This document shows positions 43,409 to 54,023 of a DNA stretch of 64,000 nt, piece after piece (within the stretch, counting starts at the first letter, position 1; each line of letters begins with the position of its first letter). Both the position numbers and the translations under genes were made by a program. The stretch is from a virus (taxonomy: Duplodnaviria > Caudoviricetes): IMG/VR virus record IMGVR_UViG_3300021978_000001, positions 128,001 through 192,000 of that record. The stretch is one strand, 5' to 3'. The notes beneath the pieces were generated by a model, which had not been told where the DNA came from, ran no database searches, and saw nothing but the letters and a program-made list of their open reading frames with translations.

Positions 43409-45286
43409 TCAGCCCTCCAGCTCGTCGGGAGCAACAACGAAGCTGACGGTACGCGTGCCGTCGAGGCCCACATTGATGCTGATCTTTCCGTCATCCAGGG
43501 CTTGTTGTACCACAGCAGCCAGGGCCGTGTCCACTACACGCCGCACAATAACCTCTTGCTTGCCAGGTGCCAGATCTTGCGGCACCTCTTGCGTAGTCTC
43601 GTCAGAAACATCGGAGACATCCGCAGCAGCGACTTCCTGGACTTCTTGCTGACCCGCATCCTGAGTCTGTACCTCTTCCTTGGTTTTCACCTCTTGAGGC
43701 TGTTCGGTCGAGCCCGACTGAACCGTTCCCTTGGAAGCGCGGCTCCCGCGCGCGCCCATGGCGGCTTCTGCCCAGAAGCGGTTCAACTGCTCCCCTTCCG
43801 AAAGCGGCTGCTCATCTTCGGACGTCTCAGTAACCTGCGGCTCAGAGGCAAGGGGTGCGGACAGGGGAATCTCCTGTTGCGCCGATTCCAACTCGGACTC
43901 ATCCAGAGTCTCCGCCTGTTCAAGCAACCAAGAAGGCTCAGGCATAAATACATCATCTGCGCCGGGCTGACGCGAAACCACGCGACGGATCAACGGGCGC
44001 GCCGTTTCACTCGCCTCATCGAACGCCGTGGTGAGGTCGAAGCCATCATCGACGATGCGGTACCCGTAAGGCCGCATGTCCTTCGAGATCTCGATCACGC
44101 CACGCGCTTCGAGCGCATGCAACGGCGTCGCCACGAGCGCACCCGAGGTGGACTGGTAGATCCCACGGAACGCAGGCGCTACGAGCTGTGCTTGCGTAAC
44201 CTGGACCGTGCCCTCGCGCGCGCCATAGTGATCGAGCACCGCGAGCAAGAGCAAGGACTGCGCCTCAAGCTCTCCCCCTTCGAGCGGCTCGTTGTTCAAG
44301 TAGGACTGCTCCCACTCTTCCAGCTCTTCCTGACCGACCTCCGGGAAGAGGCGCAGCCCCTCACGGATCGAGGCGTAGTTGTTGTTCTTGCGGCGCAAGA
44401 TCGCACGGTCCACCATGGAGTTCACCGTAGTCGCGATGTCCGAGTAGGAGAGGCCCGTCAATGCGTGCAGCTTGCGGATGCTCAGGGAGTCGTTCGAGCC
44501 TTGCAACCCGCGCATGTTGTACAGCGCGAAGAAGTTGTACAACGCGCGCTCATCCTCAGAAAGGTCGAGGTACACGCGCTTGTCCTTGGCCTGCCTCACT
44601 GCGTCTTCCAAGCGGTACGTGACCTCGAACTCGGTCTGAATCTGCTTGAGGCGCGAGCGCACGAGCGCGTTGAACGCAGCCTTGAATTTCCACTGCCCGG
44701 TGAGCGTTGTACTATGACGCTCGTTGTAGAGCTTCGTCAGGTGATCGACGCCTTTCCTGTAGGCTTCTACCTCCTGATATGCCTCCAGAGCCTCGTCTAC
44801 CGTCTCCATGATGCGAAGGAAGACTTCCTTGCACGCCTTGAGCTGATCGACGTACACGTTGGCCGTGCGGATCTTGAGCGAGGGCTTCTTGAGCGTCGTG
44901 TACAGTTCCTCGATCGAGAAACCTGCAAGCTCGTAGGGCGTGAGGTACTGATTCTCCGCTTGTTGGATGTTGGTGTGATCATAGTCCCAACCAAACATCT
45001 TCTCCCCGAGCAACGGCACCTTCGCATGCGCGAAGAACCGCACCTCGAAGTTATGCACGATCACCGCAGCATACGCGACGAGATCGAGGAGGATATGACT
45101 GTGCAATCCCTCGTCGATGCGTTTCACAGCATCGGGGCCGAACATCTCGGCAAACGCAGACTGGTGTGGGACAGGATGTGCAGACAGCAGGCGCGCTGCG
45201 GGAATCTCGGGCGCCTCCGAGGTGGAGATGAGATTGGGCGTGATGTCGGGCGTGTTGGAGGTCGTGTCGGTCGTACTCGTGGTCAT
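43409..45286 (-). CDS. large coiled-coil protein with two wHTH-like regions and an acidic linker
   Basis: IRKLHALTGLSYSDIATTVNSMVDRAIL; LHALEARGVIEI..RPYGYRI; SD AGGAG. Confidence 0.75.
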   Translation of the reverse strand: MTTSTTDTTSNTPDITPNLISTSEAPEIPAARLLSAHPVPHQSAFAEMFGPDAVKRIDEGLHSHILLDLVAYAAVIVHNFEVRFFAHAKVPLLGEKMFGWDYDHTNIQQAENQYLTPYELAGFSIEELYTTLKKPSLKIRTANVYVDQLKACKEVFLRIMETVDEALEAYQEVEAYRKGVDHLTKLYNERHSTTLTGQWKFKAAFNALVRSRLKQIQTEFEVTYRLEDAVRQAKDKRVYLDLSEDERALYNFFALYNMRGLQGSNDSLSIRKLHALTGLSYSDIATTVNSMVDRAILRRKNNNYASIREGLRLFPEVGQEELEEWEQSYLNNEPLEGGELEAQSLLLLAVLDHYGAREGTVQVTQAQLVAPAFRGIYQSTSGALVATPLHALEARGVIEISKDMRPYGYRIVDDGFDLTTAFDEASETARPLIRRVVSRQPGADDVFMPEPSWLLEQAETLDESELESAQQEIPLSAPLASEPQVTETSEDEQPLSEGEQLNRFWAEAAMGARGSRASKGTVQSGSTEQPQEVKTKEEVQTQDAGQQEVQEVAAADVSDVSDETTQEVPQDLAPGKQEVIVRRVVDTALAAVVQQALDDGKISINVGLDGTRTVSFVVAPDELEG

Positions 45287-45335
45287 GTTTCTACTCCTAT
45301 ACTGGAAGGATTCACCACTGAACCCTTGACCAGAA

Positions 45336-45364
45336 ATAATAGAGCAGACCTGGGATCACGTCAA
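45336..45364 (-). promoter_or_regulatory. sigma70-like promoter
   Basis: TTGACG-N17-TATTAT. Confidence 0.65.
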
Positions 45365-45411
45365 GAAGACTTGAGGTTTTGCGTGATCGTATCACGATCA
45401 TTGAAATGAAA

Positions 45412-45493
45412 TGCGGATGGAGGGAGTCGAACCCTCACGGCTTTTCGCCACAGGTATCTGAAACCTGCGTGTCTACCATTCCACCACATCCGC
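45412..45493 (-). tRNA. trnL: tRNA-Leu(CAG)
   Basis: Class II cloverleaf, loop TTCAGAT. Confidence 0.95.
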
Positions 45494-45514
45494 GTCGTAT
45501 TGTACTCTTGAACA

Positions 45515-45587
45515 TGCCCGCAGAGGGACTTGAACCCCCAACCCCTCGCTTACAAAACGAGTGCTCTACCAGTTGAGCTATACGGGC
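45515..45587 (-). tRNA. trnT: tRNA-Thr(TGT)
   Basis: Cloverleaf, loop TTTGTAA. Confidence 0.95.
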
Positions 45588-45596
45588 TTGGTGTAC

Positions 45597-46232
45597 TCAC
45601 CACTGTGCAGCTTGAAGCGCTGCGATCACGTCCGCTTCCGCGACGTTGGGAGAAGGCGTGATACCCTGGTAGAGCTTGCGCGCGATGGCTTCATATAAGC
45701 GGTGCAAGCTCTCTTCGCGCGTACCTGCCTCTCCTCGAACCTTCTGCGTCGTCGAAAGCGTGTACAACCAATCGGGAGCCAGGCTTACCCAGCGCTCACC
45801 TTCCTTGAGGGTGAGCGTTGCATACTCTCGCGCTTGCTCAAGGTGTTCGGGGTCATACATGAACACCTCGACCACAGTGGCCAGAGGTCCCATGTAATCG
45901 AGAGGCATTTCTGCGTCGGTATCATACAAGAAGACCGCGAGGGGGCGCTCGTGTCCAAAAGCAAGGACACGAGCCGTACCCACAAAAGGCTCACCCGAGC
46001 TGTTGTAGGACACTCGCGTCTTCCATTCAGGATAAAAACGATCATGAACCTGCGTCGAGAGCAACAAGCGTCCGACAGGTAAGCCTGACGCTGCATGGAG
46101 ATCGACAACATCGACCAGCGATTGCAAGGAGAAAACACCCTGGAGCGCATCCATGCGTAGAATCTGCTCGTCCGCAGGAGCCGTCCCGAGCAATGAAGCC
46201 AAAAGTTCTCGCGTATCTGTCAAGCTCAACAT
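45597..46232 (-). CDS. hypothetical protein
   Basis: 211-aa ORF between Thr tRNAs. Confidence 0.7.
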   Translation of the reverse strand: MLSLTDTRELLASLLGTAPADEQILRMDALQGVFSLQSLVDVVDLHAASGLPVGRLLLSTQVHDRFYPEWKTRVSYNSSGEPFVGTARVLAFGHERPLAVFLYDTDAEMPLDYMGPLATVVEVFMYDPEHLEQAREYATLTLKEGERWVSLAPDWLYTLSTTQKVRGEAGTREESLHRLYEAIARKLYQGITPSPNVAEADVIAALQAAQW

Positions 46233-46251
46233 TCCTGAAACCTCACAATGA

Positions 46252-46324
46252 AGCCATCGGCGGGAATCGAACCCGCGATTTCTTTCTTACCAAGAAAGTA
46301 TCGTAACCACTAGACCACGATGGC
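46252..46324 (-). tRNA. trnT: tRNA-Thr(GGT)
   Basis: Cloverleaf, CTTTC-TTGGTAA-GAAAG. Confidence 0.9.
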
Positions 46325-46327
46325 ACA

Positions 46328-46399
46328 AGCCCCACGGGAGACTCGAACTCCCCTCTCAGCATTACGAGCGCTGCGCGTCGCCATCTACGCTTGCAGGGC
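46328..46399 (-). tRNA. trnT: tRNA-Thr(CGT)
   Basis: Cloverleaf, loop CTCGTAA; A at position 8. Confidence 0.85.
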
Positions 46400-46481
46400 A
46401 TGCACGTGTACAAGCATCTCTAGCGTGATGCCTATTCCCCGTCCAAGCACCCATACACTCAAGAGCACACGTTCGAGCCCG

Positions 46482-47045
46482 TCAAGGGGCAGCGAGGCGC
46501 ATCTTCAAGATGATGTGCCGCACGTCCCTCTTCGTGGTCACCGCCACCATACCCCTGTGACGCATACGCGTCAAGCATGCCGACAGCGCTGACGAGTTCA
46601 AACCAGGGATCTGAGCCTCGAACTGTTCAACCAGTTCCGTGTTGGAACCCTCGATGCTCAACACACGCGCCTTTCTCGGGTGCGCGTGTCCCTGATCACG
46701 GAGCGTCTTCTCTGCGGTGAGTTGCATCACGCGCAGGATAGAGAGTTCTCTTGGAGGCAACGAGGCAGGGTCCACCCAAAGCACGCCTTCCTGTTCTTCT
46801 GCATCAGGAAGGCGGTAACACGCTGCGGTATCACCCTGGAGCAGATCAGCGCCCATACGCTCCAATTCATCCATGAACAGAGCTACTTCACGCTCGCGCG
46901 CTTCCAATAAAGCCTCGCGCTCATCCAACTCCCGAGCAATAGCATCCAGGGCTTGATACGCAGGCGCCAGGGTATCCGACAATTCCTCGTCCAACACCCT
47001 GGCGACTGCGAGCCTCAAGCGTTCTTGGGCCTTGTCTTCCATCAC
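46482..47045 (-). CDS. coiled-coil plus wHTH-like protein
   Basis: N-terminal E/R coiled coil; LSACLTRMRHRGMV. Confidence 0.7.
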   Translation of the reverse strand: MMEDKAQERLRLAVARVLDEELSDTLAPAYQALDAIARELDEREALLEAREREVALFMDELERMGADLLQGDTAACYRLPDAEEQEGVLWVDPASLPPRELSILRVMQLTAEKTLRDQGHAHPRKARVLSIEGSNTELVEQFEAQIPGLNSSALSACLTRMRHRGMVAVTTKRDVRHIILKMRLAAP

Positions 47046-47914
47046 CCGCGCTCGTCCTGGGGGACTGCGCGCAACGCAGCGCGACGCTTGGGACCGGGCT
47101 TCGCGTACACCAGGAACGTCTCGGGATTCGAGACGCGCGTGGTCAGGCGCACACGATACGGGCGCGCGCCGGGGTTGACTTCTTCGAGAAAGCCCTCCAG
47201 CGCCAACTGCGACAGGGCCGCGTAATAACTGCCATAGGGGTACGCGGTGGCGTTGACTTCAGGGTACAACTCATCCACCTTGAGCAAGATGGTATCGAAA
47301 TCATCGCGCGAAGACGTGACCTCGAAAACATCACAATCGCGCGCGAGAACGCACAGGATGCCCAGGAGTTGGGAGGTGCGGTTGAACGTATGCACCGCCT
47401 CGGTGGAGACCGGCAAGGCTTGGTACGAGGTCTCCGTAGGCGGACCAGACGAGAAAGCTCCCGCAGGGGGCGTGCCACGCTCGCCGTAGAGCGGCGAAGT
47501 GTCCTGCACACGCGCGTCGAGGGAGGCGAGGCGCTTCGTAATGATCGAAGCGTCTGCATCGCTCTCGCTCGTGAGCGTCGCCAGGACTTCAGCGAGCTTG
47601 TTGTCGAGATGCAGGCGGCGCTTGCGAATATCCTGTTCGTTGCGGATCAGGACCTCACGCTCCTCCTGGATCGCCTGGACCGTGGTCACCAGCGCGTTGA
47701 ACTGTTCAGCGTCTTGCTGGAGACGCGCTTCGCGGCGCTGGACTTCCTGCTCACGCTGGGAGACCTCGCGGAGCTTCTCCTGAACAAAGAGGTTCTGCTC
47801 CTCCTCTTGCGCCTTGATACGCTCCGTCTCTTCGGCCACCAATCCCATCACGCTTTCGAGAATCCGCTCTCGAAGCTCGGGGTGGATGTTGGGGGTGGAT
47901 TGATTCTCTGCCAT
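47042..47914 (-). CDS. coiled-coil plus wHTH-like protein
   Basis: Q/E coiled coil; YAALSQLALEGFLEEV..RPYRVRL; SD GAGGA. Confidence 0.72.
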   Translation of the reverse strand: MAENQSTPNIHPELRERILESVMGLVAEETERIKAQEEEQNLFVQEKLREVSQREQEVQRREARLQQDAEQFNALVTTVQAIQEEREVLIRNEQDIRKRRLHLDNKLAEVLATLTSESDADASIITKRLASLDARVQDTSPLYGERGTPPAGAFSSGPPTETSYQALPVSTEAVHTFNRTSQLLGILCVLARDCDVFEVTSSRDDFDTILLKVDELYPEVNATAYPYGSYYAALSQLALEGFLEEVNPGARPYRVRLTTRVSNPETFLVYAKPGPKRRAALRAVPQDERG

Positions 47915-48023
47915 AACTTCCTCGTTTGTACTCGTTGACTGTACTCGTTGATCTTTGTTCGTAGGTATCTGATCTGCCACACACATCAACCCAAGCAAGG
48001 CATGTATCCCGGCAGTGGTGTAT

Positions 48024-48053
48024 GTGATACCTTATGTGAAGCCTTTACGTCAA
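48024..48053 (-). promoter_or_regulatory. sigma70-like promoter
   Basis: TTGACG-N18-TATCAC. Confidence 0.45.
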
Positions 48054-48078
48054 GGCATTTTTTGTGGAAAGGATAACA

Positions 48079-48393
48079 TCAGGGGTGGACATCATCGTAC
48101 CAGGGATGAGGCACCCAACCTGTGCCGCGACATTCCTCACAGCGTGGGTGATACTCTCGTGTGCCTTGCCCTTGACACACGCCACACTCGACGTCATAGA
48201 TCACGCCTTCATGCATACAGTAGTCACAACCCTGTGTCCCTCTTTCGAGGCACGCGGGGCACGGCACCTCATCGAGAATACCGTGCCCCTCACAGGAAGA
48301 GCACGGCTCCTCGATAAGCCTGGCGAAATCGAGCCCTTCCATCTTACAGACGGGACACTCGACCATCATAACAGGGGGCATGCGATGCTTCAT
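48079..48393 (-). CDS. Cys-rich DnaJ-type zinc-finger protein (six CxxCxxxG repeats)
   Basis: CPVC, CSSC, CPAC, CDYC, CGVC, CEEC, each followed by xxxG. Confidence 0.8.
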   Translation of the reverse strand: MKHRMPPVMMVECPVCKMEGLDFARLIEEPCSSCEGHGILDEVPCPACLERGTQGCDYCMHEGVIYDVECGVCQGQGTREYHPRCEECRGTGWVPHPWYDDVHP

Positions 48394-50810
48394 GCCGTAG
48401 CATCCGGGGCCACATCACCCTCTCCCACAGAAGCAGAAGGCGCTTCCCATCCCCGGAACACCAGGGGCGGGATCTCTTCAACGCGCTTGACCGGATAAAA
48501 CGTCATCTCCTCGCGCACGGAATCCTCCACATCCACGAGATCCTTGACACACAGCGCAGGCAAGACCACCTCACGGATACCCGCACGGTGCGCAGCGATG
48601 ACCTTCTCCTTGATGCCGCCCACAGGAAGGACATGACCTGAAAGGGTGATTTCACCTGTCATGGCCACGTCCTTCTTGATGGCGATGCCCGCCAGACGCG
48701 ACAGAATCGCGCTGAACATCGTGATGCCCGCAGACGGACCATCCTTGGGGATGGCGCCCGCAGGGACGTGAATGTGCAGGTCATACTTCTTGATGTCTGC
48801 ACCGTCGATACCATACGCCTTCGCGTGCGCACGGATATAACTCAGAGCCGCACGCACCGACTCTTTCATGACATCACCGAGTTGGCCAGTGAGCGTGACC
48901 TCACCCTTGCCGCCCTCCATGGCCTGGACTTCGATAAAGAGGATGTCCCCACCCACCGAAGTCCACGCGAGTCCTGTCGCCACGCCTTCCTGGTCTTCAC
49001 GTTGCGCGACCTCGGACACATAACGAATAGGACCGAGCGCTTTCTTGACGCGCTCCTCATCCACCGTAATCGAGGCTTCTGCGCGCTCTTCTGGCGTCAT
49101 CTTGACCACCTCGACCGCGACCGAACGGCAGAGGTCCCCGAGGCGACGGTTCAAGTTACGCACGCCCGCTTCACGAGTGTAGTTGCCGATGATGTAGGGC
49201 ACCACGTCATCTGCCAGGAGCGCTTGCGTTTCCAACAAGCCGTGGTCTTCGATTTGCTTGGGGAAGAGGTAGCGTCGGGCAATCTCGGACTTCTCGAAGA
49301 TCGTGTAGCTCGGCACATCGAGCACCTCCATACGATCCTTGAGCGGCGGAGACAGCGTATCCATCCGGTTGGCGGTCGCGATGAAGAGCACATTCGAGAG
49401 GTCGAGGTCCACTTCGAGGTAGTGGTCGTTGAAGGTGTGGTTCTGGTTGGGGTCCAGCACTTCGAGCAAGGCCGCAGAGGGGTCCCCACGGAAGTCTGCA
49501 CCCACCTTGTCAATCTCATCGAGCAGGATCACGGGGTTCATTGTCCCTGCTTTCTGCAACGCGCGAACGAGACGACCAGGGAGCGCGCCCACATACGTGC
49601 GGCGGTGCCCACGGATCTCGGATTCATCACGCACACCCCCGAGGGAGATGCGGACAAACTTGCGCCCCAGAGCGCGAGCCAGAGACTTCGCGATCGAGGT
49701 CTTCCCGACTCCGGGAGGTCCGTGCAGGCACAGGATGGGACTCTTCATATCCTCCTTGAGCGAACGCACCGCGAGGAACTCGATGATGCGGTCCTTGACC
49801 TTATCGAGTCCGTAGTGGTCTGCGTCGAGGATCTCTTGCGCACGGTCGAGGTCGAGGTTATCCTCGCTCAACACAGCCCAGGGCACGTCAAGCATTTGCT
49901 GAATGTAGGTGAGCGTCACCGAGAACTCGGAACTCGACGGCTGCATCATCGAGAGGCGACCGTGTTGCTTGATACAAGCATCATAGGCTTCCTCGGGCAT
50001 ATCCGACTCCTCGATCTGTTCGAGAAGCTCGTCCAGCTCACTGTTCTCCTCTCCCAACTGATCGCGAATCACACGGAGCTGTTGACGCAGCAAATACTCA
50101 CGTTGTTGGTTGTCGTTCTGCTCGCGCATCCGTTGCTTGATGTCATCCGCGAGGTTTGCCTGGAGGCGTTGGTTGTTGAGCCACTGCATCAACAGCATGG
50201 CACGCTTGACAACATCATGCTCGTTGCTCAACGCCAGGAGATCTTCCGGGTCAGGAGACAGCTCGACCGCCAAACGATCCACAAGCTCTCCCAGGTCGCG
50301 TGACCTCTTGAGCATCTCCGAGGCTTCGGTAGGAGCATCGACCATGGTCTCCAGGAAGGTCAGTGCCTCTTCCAGCAGAGCTTGTTGTTGTGCCTTGAGC
50401 GTGGTGGCATCCCCCTCGAAGGTTTCCTCGAAAGGCTCGAAGATACCGACCAAAGGGGCGTCTGCATCCTCGGGCACCTGAAGCTCGACCAACACGAGGC
50501 GCTCGATGCCCTCGATCATCGCGACCTTCCCTTCCTTCCCCTCTCGCATCTGGGAGATGAGCTTGACGCAGCGCACACGCGTCGCGACCACATGCACATC
50601 ATCCATGCCCTGAATTTGATCGAGACTCAGGCTGTCCTCGACTTGCGTCACAGTCGCGAAAGTAAACTCGGGATCTTCGACATCGAACGCGTCGAACATC
50701 GCGAGGGACTGAGGACGACCGATACCCACAGGCAACAGTTGGTAGGGGAAGATGATGTGCTCACGGAGCGCGAGCACAGGGAGTTCGATTCGAGTAGGCG
50801 AATCTGCCAT
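48390..50810 (-). CDS. lon: ATP-dependent Lon protease
   Basis: N-domain, [24 protein letters not shown] catalytic Ser, GGIKEK catalytic Lys. Confidence 0.97.
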   Translation of the reverse strand: MADSPTRIELPVLALREHIIFPYQLLPVGIGRPQSLAMFDAFDVEDPEFTFATVTQVEDSLSLDQIQGMDDVHVVATRVRCVKLISQMREGKEGKVAMIEGIERLVLVELQVPEDADAPLVGIFEPFEETFEGDATTLKAQQQALLEEALTFLETMVDAPTEASEMLKRSRDLGELVDRLAVELSPDPEDLLALSNEHDVVKRAMLLMQWLNNQRLQANLADDIKQRMREQNDNQQREYLLRQQLRVIRDQLGEENSELDELLEQIEESDMPEEAYDACIKQHGRLSMMQPSSSEFSVTLTYIQQMLDVPWAVLSEDNLDLDRAQEILDADHYGLDKVKDRIIEFLAVRSLKEDMKSPILCLHGPPGVGKTSIAKSLARALGRKFVRISLGGVRDESEIRGHRRTYVGALPGRLVRALQKAGTMNPVILLDEIDKVGADFRGDPSAALLEVLDPNQNHTFNDHYLEVDLDLSNVLFIATANRMDTLSPPLKDRMEVLDVPSYTIFEKSEIARRYLFPKQIEDHGLLETQALLADDVVPYIIGNYTREAGVRNLNRRLGDLCRSVAVEVVKMTPEERAEASITVDEERVKKALGPIRYVSEVAQREDQEGVATGLAWTSVGGDILFIEVQAMEGGKGEVTLTGQLGDVMKESVRAALSYIRAHAKAYGIDGADIKKYDLHIHVPAGAIPKDGPSAGITMFSAILSRLAGIAIKKDVAMTGEITLSGHVLPVGGIKEKVIAAHRAGIREVVLPALCVKDLVDVEDSVREEMTFYPVKRVEEIPPLVFRGWEAPSASVGEGDVAPDATA

Positions 50811-50937
50811 GTTTTCCTCACTTTACTTCAAGAGCTTGTTTTTCAAGCCCTGTTCTGGTCTCTGTTCTGTTTGTACGATAGGTCCATGTGATACATTTAC
50901 CCGAGGTGTTCTCTTTACCCGAACGGGGGCGAATCTC

Positions 50938-51489
50938 ATGACCCTATTGGTGCTTGACCTGGAGTATAACCAACCCACCCGGCGCATCATCCAGGTGGGT
51001 GTTGTACGCGTGGATACAACACAAGGCAACATTGAACCATTGTTCGATTCTCTTGTCAACCCGGAAGAACCGCTTGACGCCTATATCACAAGGCTAACAG
51101 GGATCTCCCAGGAAGACGTAGATGCCGCGCCTACACAGGGTACCGTACTTGACGCCTTCTGGCAAGTAGTAAAAGATCTACCAGGACCCGTGACCTTGGG
51201 AGGATGGGGAGACGACACCGCCAAGTTGCTCAGGGAAACCCAGAGAAGCAAGGTCACACCGCTACCCATCATCGAAGCCAATTTCATGACCATGTGGGAC
51301 GTCTTCAGACTTCAGGGAGAGCACAAGACATCACCCAAAACACGTGGACTGAAAGCCGTCATGAAGCATTATGGCGTTACGTTCCGGGGCAACCACCACC
51401 ACGCCTTGACAGATGCTTGGGCCACCGCAGAGGTCTTGCTCAAGATGCGCCAGGAGATGCTGGCACTTCTTGGGATCGAGCAAGGTTGA
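50938..51489 (+). CDS. DEDDh 3'-5' exonuclease
   Basis: VLDLEYN, IQVGVV, WGDD, HHALTDA; start at MTLLV. Confidence 0.85.
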   Translation: MTLLVLDLEYNQPTRRIIQVGVVRVDTTQGNIEPLFDSLVNPEEPLDAYITRLTGISQEDVDAAPTQGTVLDAFWQVVKDLPGPVTLGGWGDDTAKLLRETQRSKVTPLPIIEANFMTMWDVFRLQGEHKTSPKTRGLKAVMKHYGVTFRGNHHHALTDAWATAEVLLKMRQEMLALLGIEQG

Positions 51490-52015
51490 TGTTGTAGTAG
51501 CGCGCATCACGCGACACCTCCTCGACCACCCAGGGCGGGAGCTGGACAATCTCTCCCGTGTGTTCCAGCTCCACTTCGGCAAGCACCAGCCCTTCGAGCG
51601 CCCCCTCGAACACATCGACAGACCAGACCTTTCCTGCATAGGAGAAGTTGTATCGCATCTTCACCAGGGTCGCGTCACAATCTGCCCAGAGCTTCTCGAA
51701 CAGCTCCAGGGGTATGTCATGCTCGATCTCTGCGCGCGAGAGCTTCGCATCCGCAGGCCCCTTGATAGTGAGAAGGCAGCGATCATGGTACGCATGATTC
51801 ATCAGCTCTTTGCCGACCTCGTTCACATGAGACGGCACCTCGCGCACCTGGCTGTAGCGCACTCGAACCGTCTTCTCGGGACATACCGAGGCAAGGATAT
51901 ACCCCTGCTCGAACTTGAGTGCAAACACCGACCCCGCTTGAAAATCACTGGAGGCTTTCCACATTTCGACGTCCACGAGAAACTTGCGCTCGATCTCGAC
52001 CTTGGAGTCACCCAT
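51440..52015 (-). CDS. CYTH-domain (triphosphate tunnel) protein
   Basis: EIERKFLV, EQGY, VRVR, LTIKG, EIEHDI, WSVDVF..LAEVEL. Confidence 0.9.
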   Translation of the reverse strand: MGDSKVEIERKFLVDVEMWKASSDFQAGSVFALKFEQGYILASVCPEKTVRVRYSQVREVPSHVNEVGKELMNHAYHDRCLLTIKGPADAKLSRAEIEHDIPLELFEKLWADCDATLVKMRYNFSYAGKVWSVDVFEGALEGLVLAEVELEHTGEIVQLPPWVVEEVSRDARYYNINLARSQEVPASPGAS

Positions 52016-53911
52016 TCACTTCTCCTTTGCCATGTGTTGTACGATCATCTCTTTGCGCACAGTCGCAGACCGCCCCATAACGTCCTCGACGACCTGGTTT
52101 GCCTTATCCTCATCAGGGACCCCGATCGGTAGAAGCGTGCGTGAGGAAGGCGTCAGCGCGGTCTGACGCAACTCATCACGCTGCATCTCCCCCAATCCCT
52201 TGAAACGTGCAATCTCGGGCGTCCTCTTCGTTTTCTTGAGGAACGCGGCGAGCGCTTTGTCATCTTCGAGCCACTGTGAACGCGAGCCCACCGTGACTTT
52301 ATACAGAGGCGGCTTGGCCATGTAGACATGCCCCTGACGAATCAGCTCGGGCATATAGCGCCAGAAAAACGTCAAGAGCAAGGTCGCGATGTGCGCGCCG
52401 TCACTATCCGCATCCATCAGGAGGATGACCTTGTGATAACGCAGCGAAGAGATGTCGAAGTGCTCTCCGACACCACACCCGAGCGCTTCCACGATGTCCC
52501 CGAGTTCCTTGTTCTTCAAGACTTGCTTGGCGGTCGCGCTCTCCGCGTTCAGCACCTTACCACGCAAGGGAAGAATCGCCTGTGTGCGTCGCTCACGCGC
52601 TTGCTTGGCGTTACCTCCAGCAGAGTCTCCCTCCACAATGAACAGCTCACATTCGGCAGGGTTGGTCGAGGTACAATCCGCGAGCTTTCCAGGCAATGCG
52701 AGCTTCTTGCTCGTGGGTTTCTTGCGCTTGACCAGCTTCGATGCCGAACGCGAGGCTTGACGCGCCTTGGCCGCCTGGATGATGCGCTGTGCGATAGCCG
52801 TGGCCGTTTCTGAATGTGCCAGCAAGAAGCTCTCCATGCCTGACCGCACGATCGAAGCGACCGCCGCCTGCACATCACTCGTGAGCTTGTCCTTTGTCTG
52901 GCTCTGGAAAGACAGGTCTCCACCCCAGAACACGCTCACGATGGCTTTGGTGCCCTCATGGATGTCTTCCGAGGTGATTTGCAAACTCTTGGGCACGAGC
53001 CCGGACGCATCGAGGTAGGCACGAATAGCCTGACGAATCCCCTGCTTCAAGCCATTCGCGTGAGTGCCACCAAATGCATTGGGGATCGTGTTGGCGAACG
53101 CGAACAACTCCTCGTTAGTATCCTCGGTCCACTTGAGCGCCCAACGCACCAAGAGGTCAGGCGCTTCGCCTTCCCCGAGGATGGTTTGCGTATGCACCGG
53201 AACCGAGCACGCCGCGCGTTCAATCGCATCCATGTAGTCCGACAGGCCACCCTCATGCTCGAAGACCTCTTCCTTCCCTTCTGCGCGAAAGACGAGCTTG
53301 AGACCCGGGTTGAGATAGGTCTTGATCTCCAGGCGCTCTCGCAACAGATCAATGTCGAAGGTCCTCGCCCCGAAGATCTCCTCATCCGGCGTGAACACGA
53401 TCCGCGTCCCTGTCTGACGCTTGGGCACGGTACCCACAGCCTTGACTGCTGCTTCCGGGATACCCCGAACATACACCTGGTGGTGTTCCTTACCCTCGCG
53501 CCATACCGTCGCTTCTAACCGGGAAGAGAGAAAGTTGACCACCGACGCGCCGACGCCGTGCAGTCCGCCCGAGGTCTTGTACGAGCCCCCCTCCTGGAAC
53601 TTTGCTCCCGAGTGAAGAATGGTCAAAACCACCTGAAGCGTGGACACCTTCCGCTTGGAGTGCTTGCTCACAGGAATGCCACGGCCATTGTCTGCCACGG
53701 TCACGGTCTTCCCGTCCGCAGACAGCTCGACCTCGATCAAGGAAGCATGACCGTTCATCGCTTCATCGACCGCGTTATCGACCACTTCCCATACGAGGTG
53801 GTGATAACCTGCCTTCCCCGTATCTCCAATATACATCCCGGGACGCTTACGCACAGCCTCGCGATCATCGAGCACTTCAATCGCGTCGCCATCATATTCG
53901 TTCTTGCTCAA
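52016..53911 (-). CDS. gyrB: type IIA topoisomerase B subunit (GyrB/ParE-like)
   Basis: VRKRPGMYIG, EVVDNAVDE, DNGRGIP, GGLHGVG, EGDSAGG, PLRGKVLN, DADSDG, RFKGLGEM; TTG start with SD GGAGGT. Confidence 0.93.
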   Translation of the reverse strand: MSKNEYDGDAIEVLDDREAVRKRPGMYIGDTGKAGYHHLVWEVVDNAVDEAMNGHASLIEVELSADGKTVTVADNGRGIPVSKHSKRKVSTLQVVLTILHSGAKFQEGGSYKTSGGLHGVGASVVNFLSSRLEATVWREGKEHHQVYVRGIPEAAVKAVGTVPKRQTGTRIVFTPDEEIFGARTFDIDLLRERLEIKTYLNPGLKLVFRAEGKEEVFEHEGGLSDYMDAIERAACSVPVHTQTILGEGEAPDLLVRWALKWTEDTNEELFAFANTIPNAFGGTHANGLKQGIRQAIRAYLDASGLVPKSLQITSEDIHEGTKAIVSVFWGGDLSFQSQTKDKLTSDVQAAVASIVRSGMESFLLAHSETATAIAQRIIQAAKARQASRSASKLVKRKKPTSKKLALPGKLADCTSTNPAECELFIVEGDSAGGNAKQARERRTQAILPLRGKVLNAESATAKQVLKNKELGDIVEALGCGVGEHFDISSLRYHKVILLMDADSDGAHIATLLLTFFWRYMPELIRQGHVYMAKPPLYKVTVGSRSQWLEDDKALAAFLKKTKRTPEIARFKGLGEMQRDELRQTALTPSSRTLLPIGVPDEDKANQVVEDVMGRSATVRKEMIVQHMAKEK

Positions 53912-53941
53912 AGCCTTACCTCCACGTTGAGTGTGCGAGAG

Positions 53942-53970
53942 TTTGTAGCACAAAACCTCTTTTCCGTCAA
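53942..53970 (-). promoter_or_regulatory. sigma70-like promoter for gyrB
   Basis: TTGACG-N17-TACAAA, TG extension. Confidence 0.5.
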
Positions 53971-54023
53971 CAATCCTTTTATATCACGTCGTCATGACCC
54001 CGCGTGTAAAAGGGGTACACCCC

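Noticed and set aside
14341-45400. Recurrent GTGATC/TGTGAT near tRNAs and promoters as a CRP/FNR-type site
   Set aside because: No consistent palindromic spacing; could be chance at this length
43502-45409. 635-aa plus-strand ORF
   Set aside because: Mirror frame of the 43409-45286 gene; no motifs
48768-50303. 511-aa plus-strand ORF
   Set aside because: Antisense to lon
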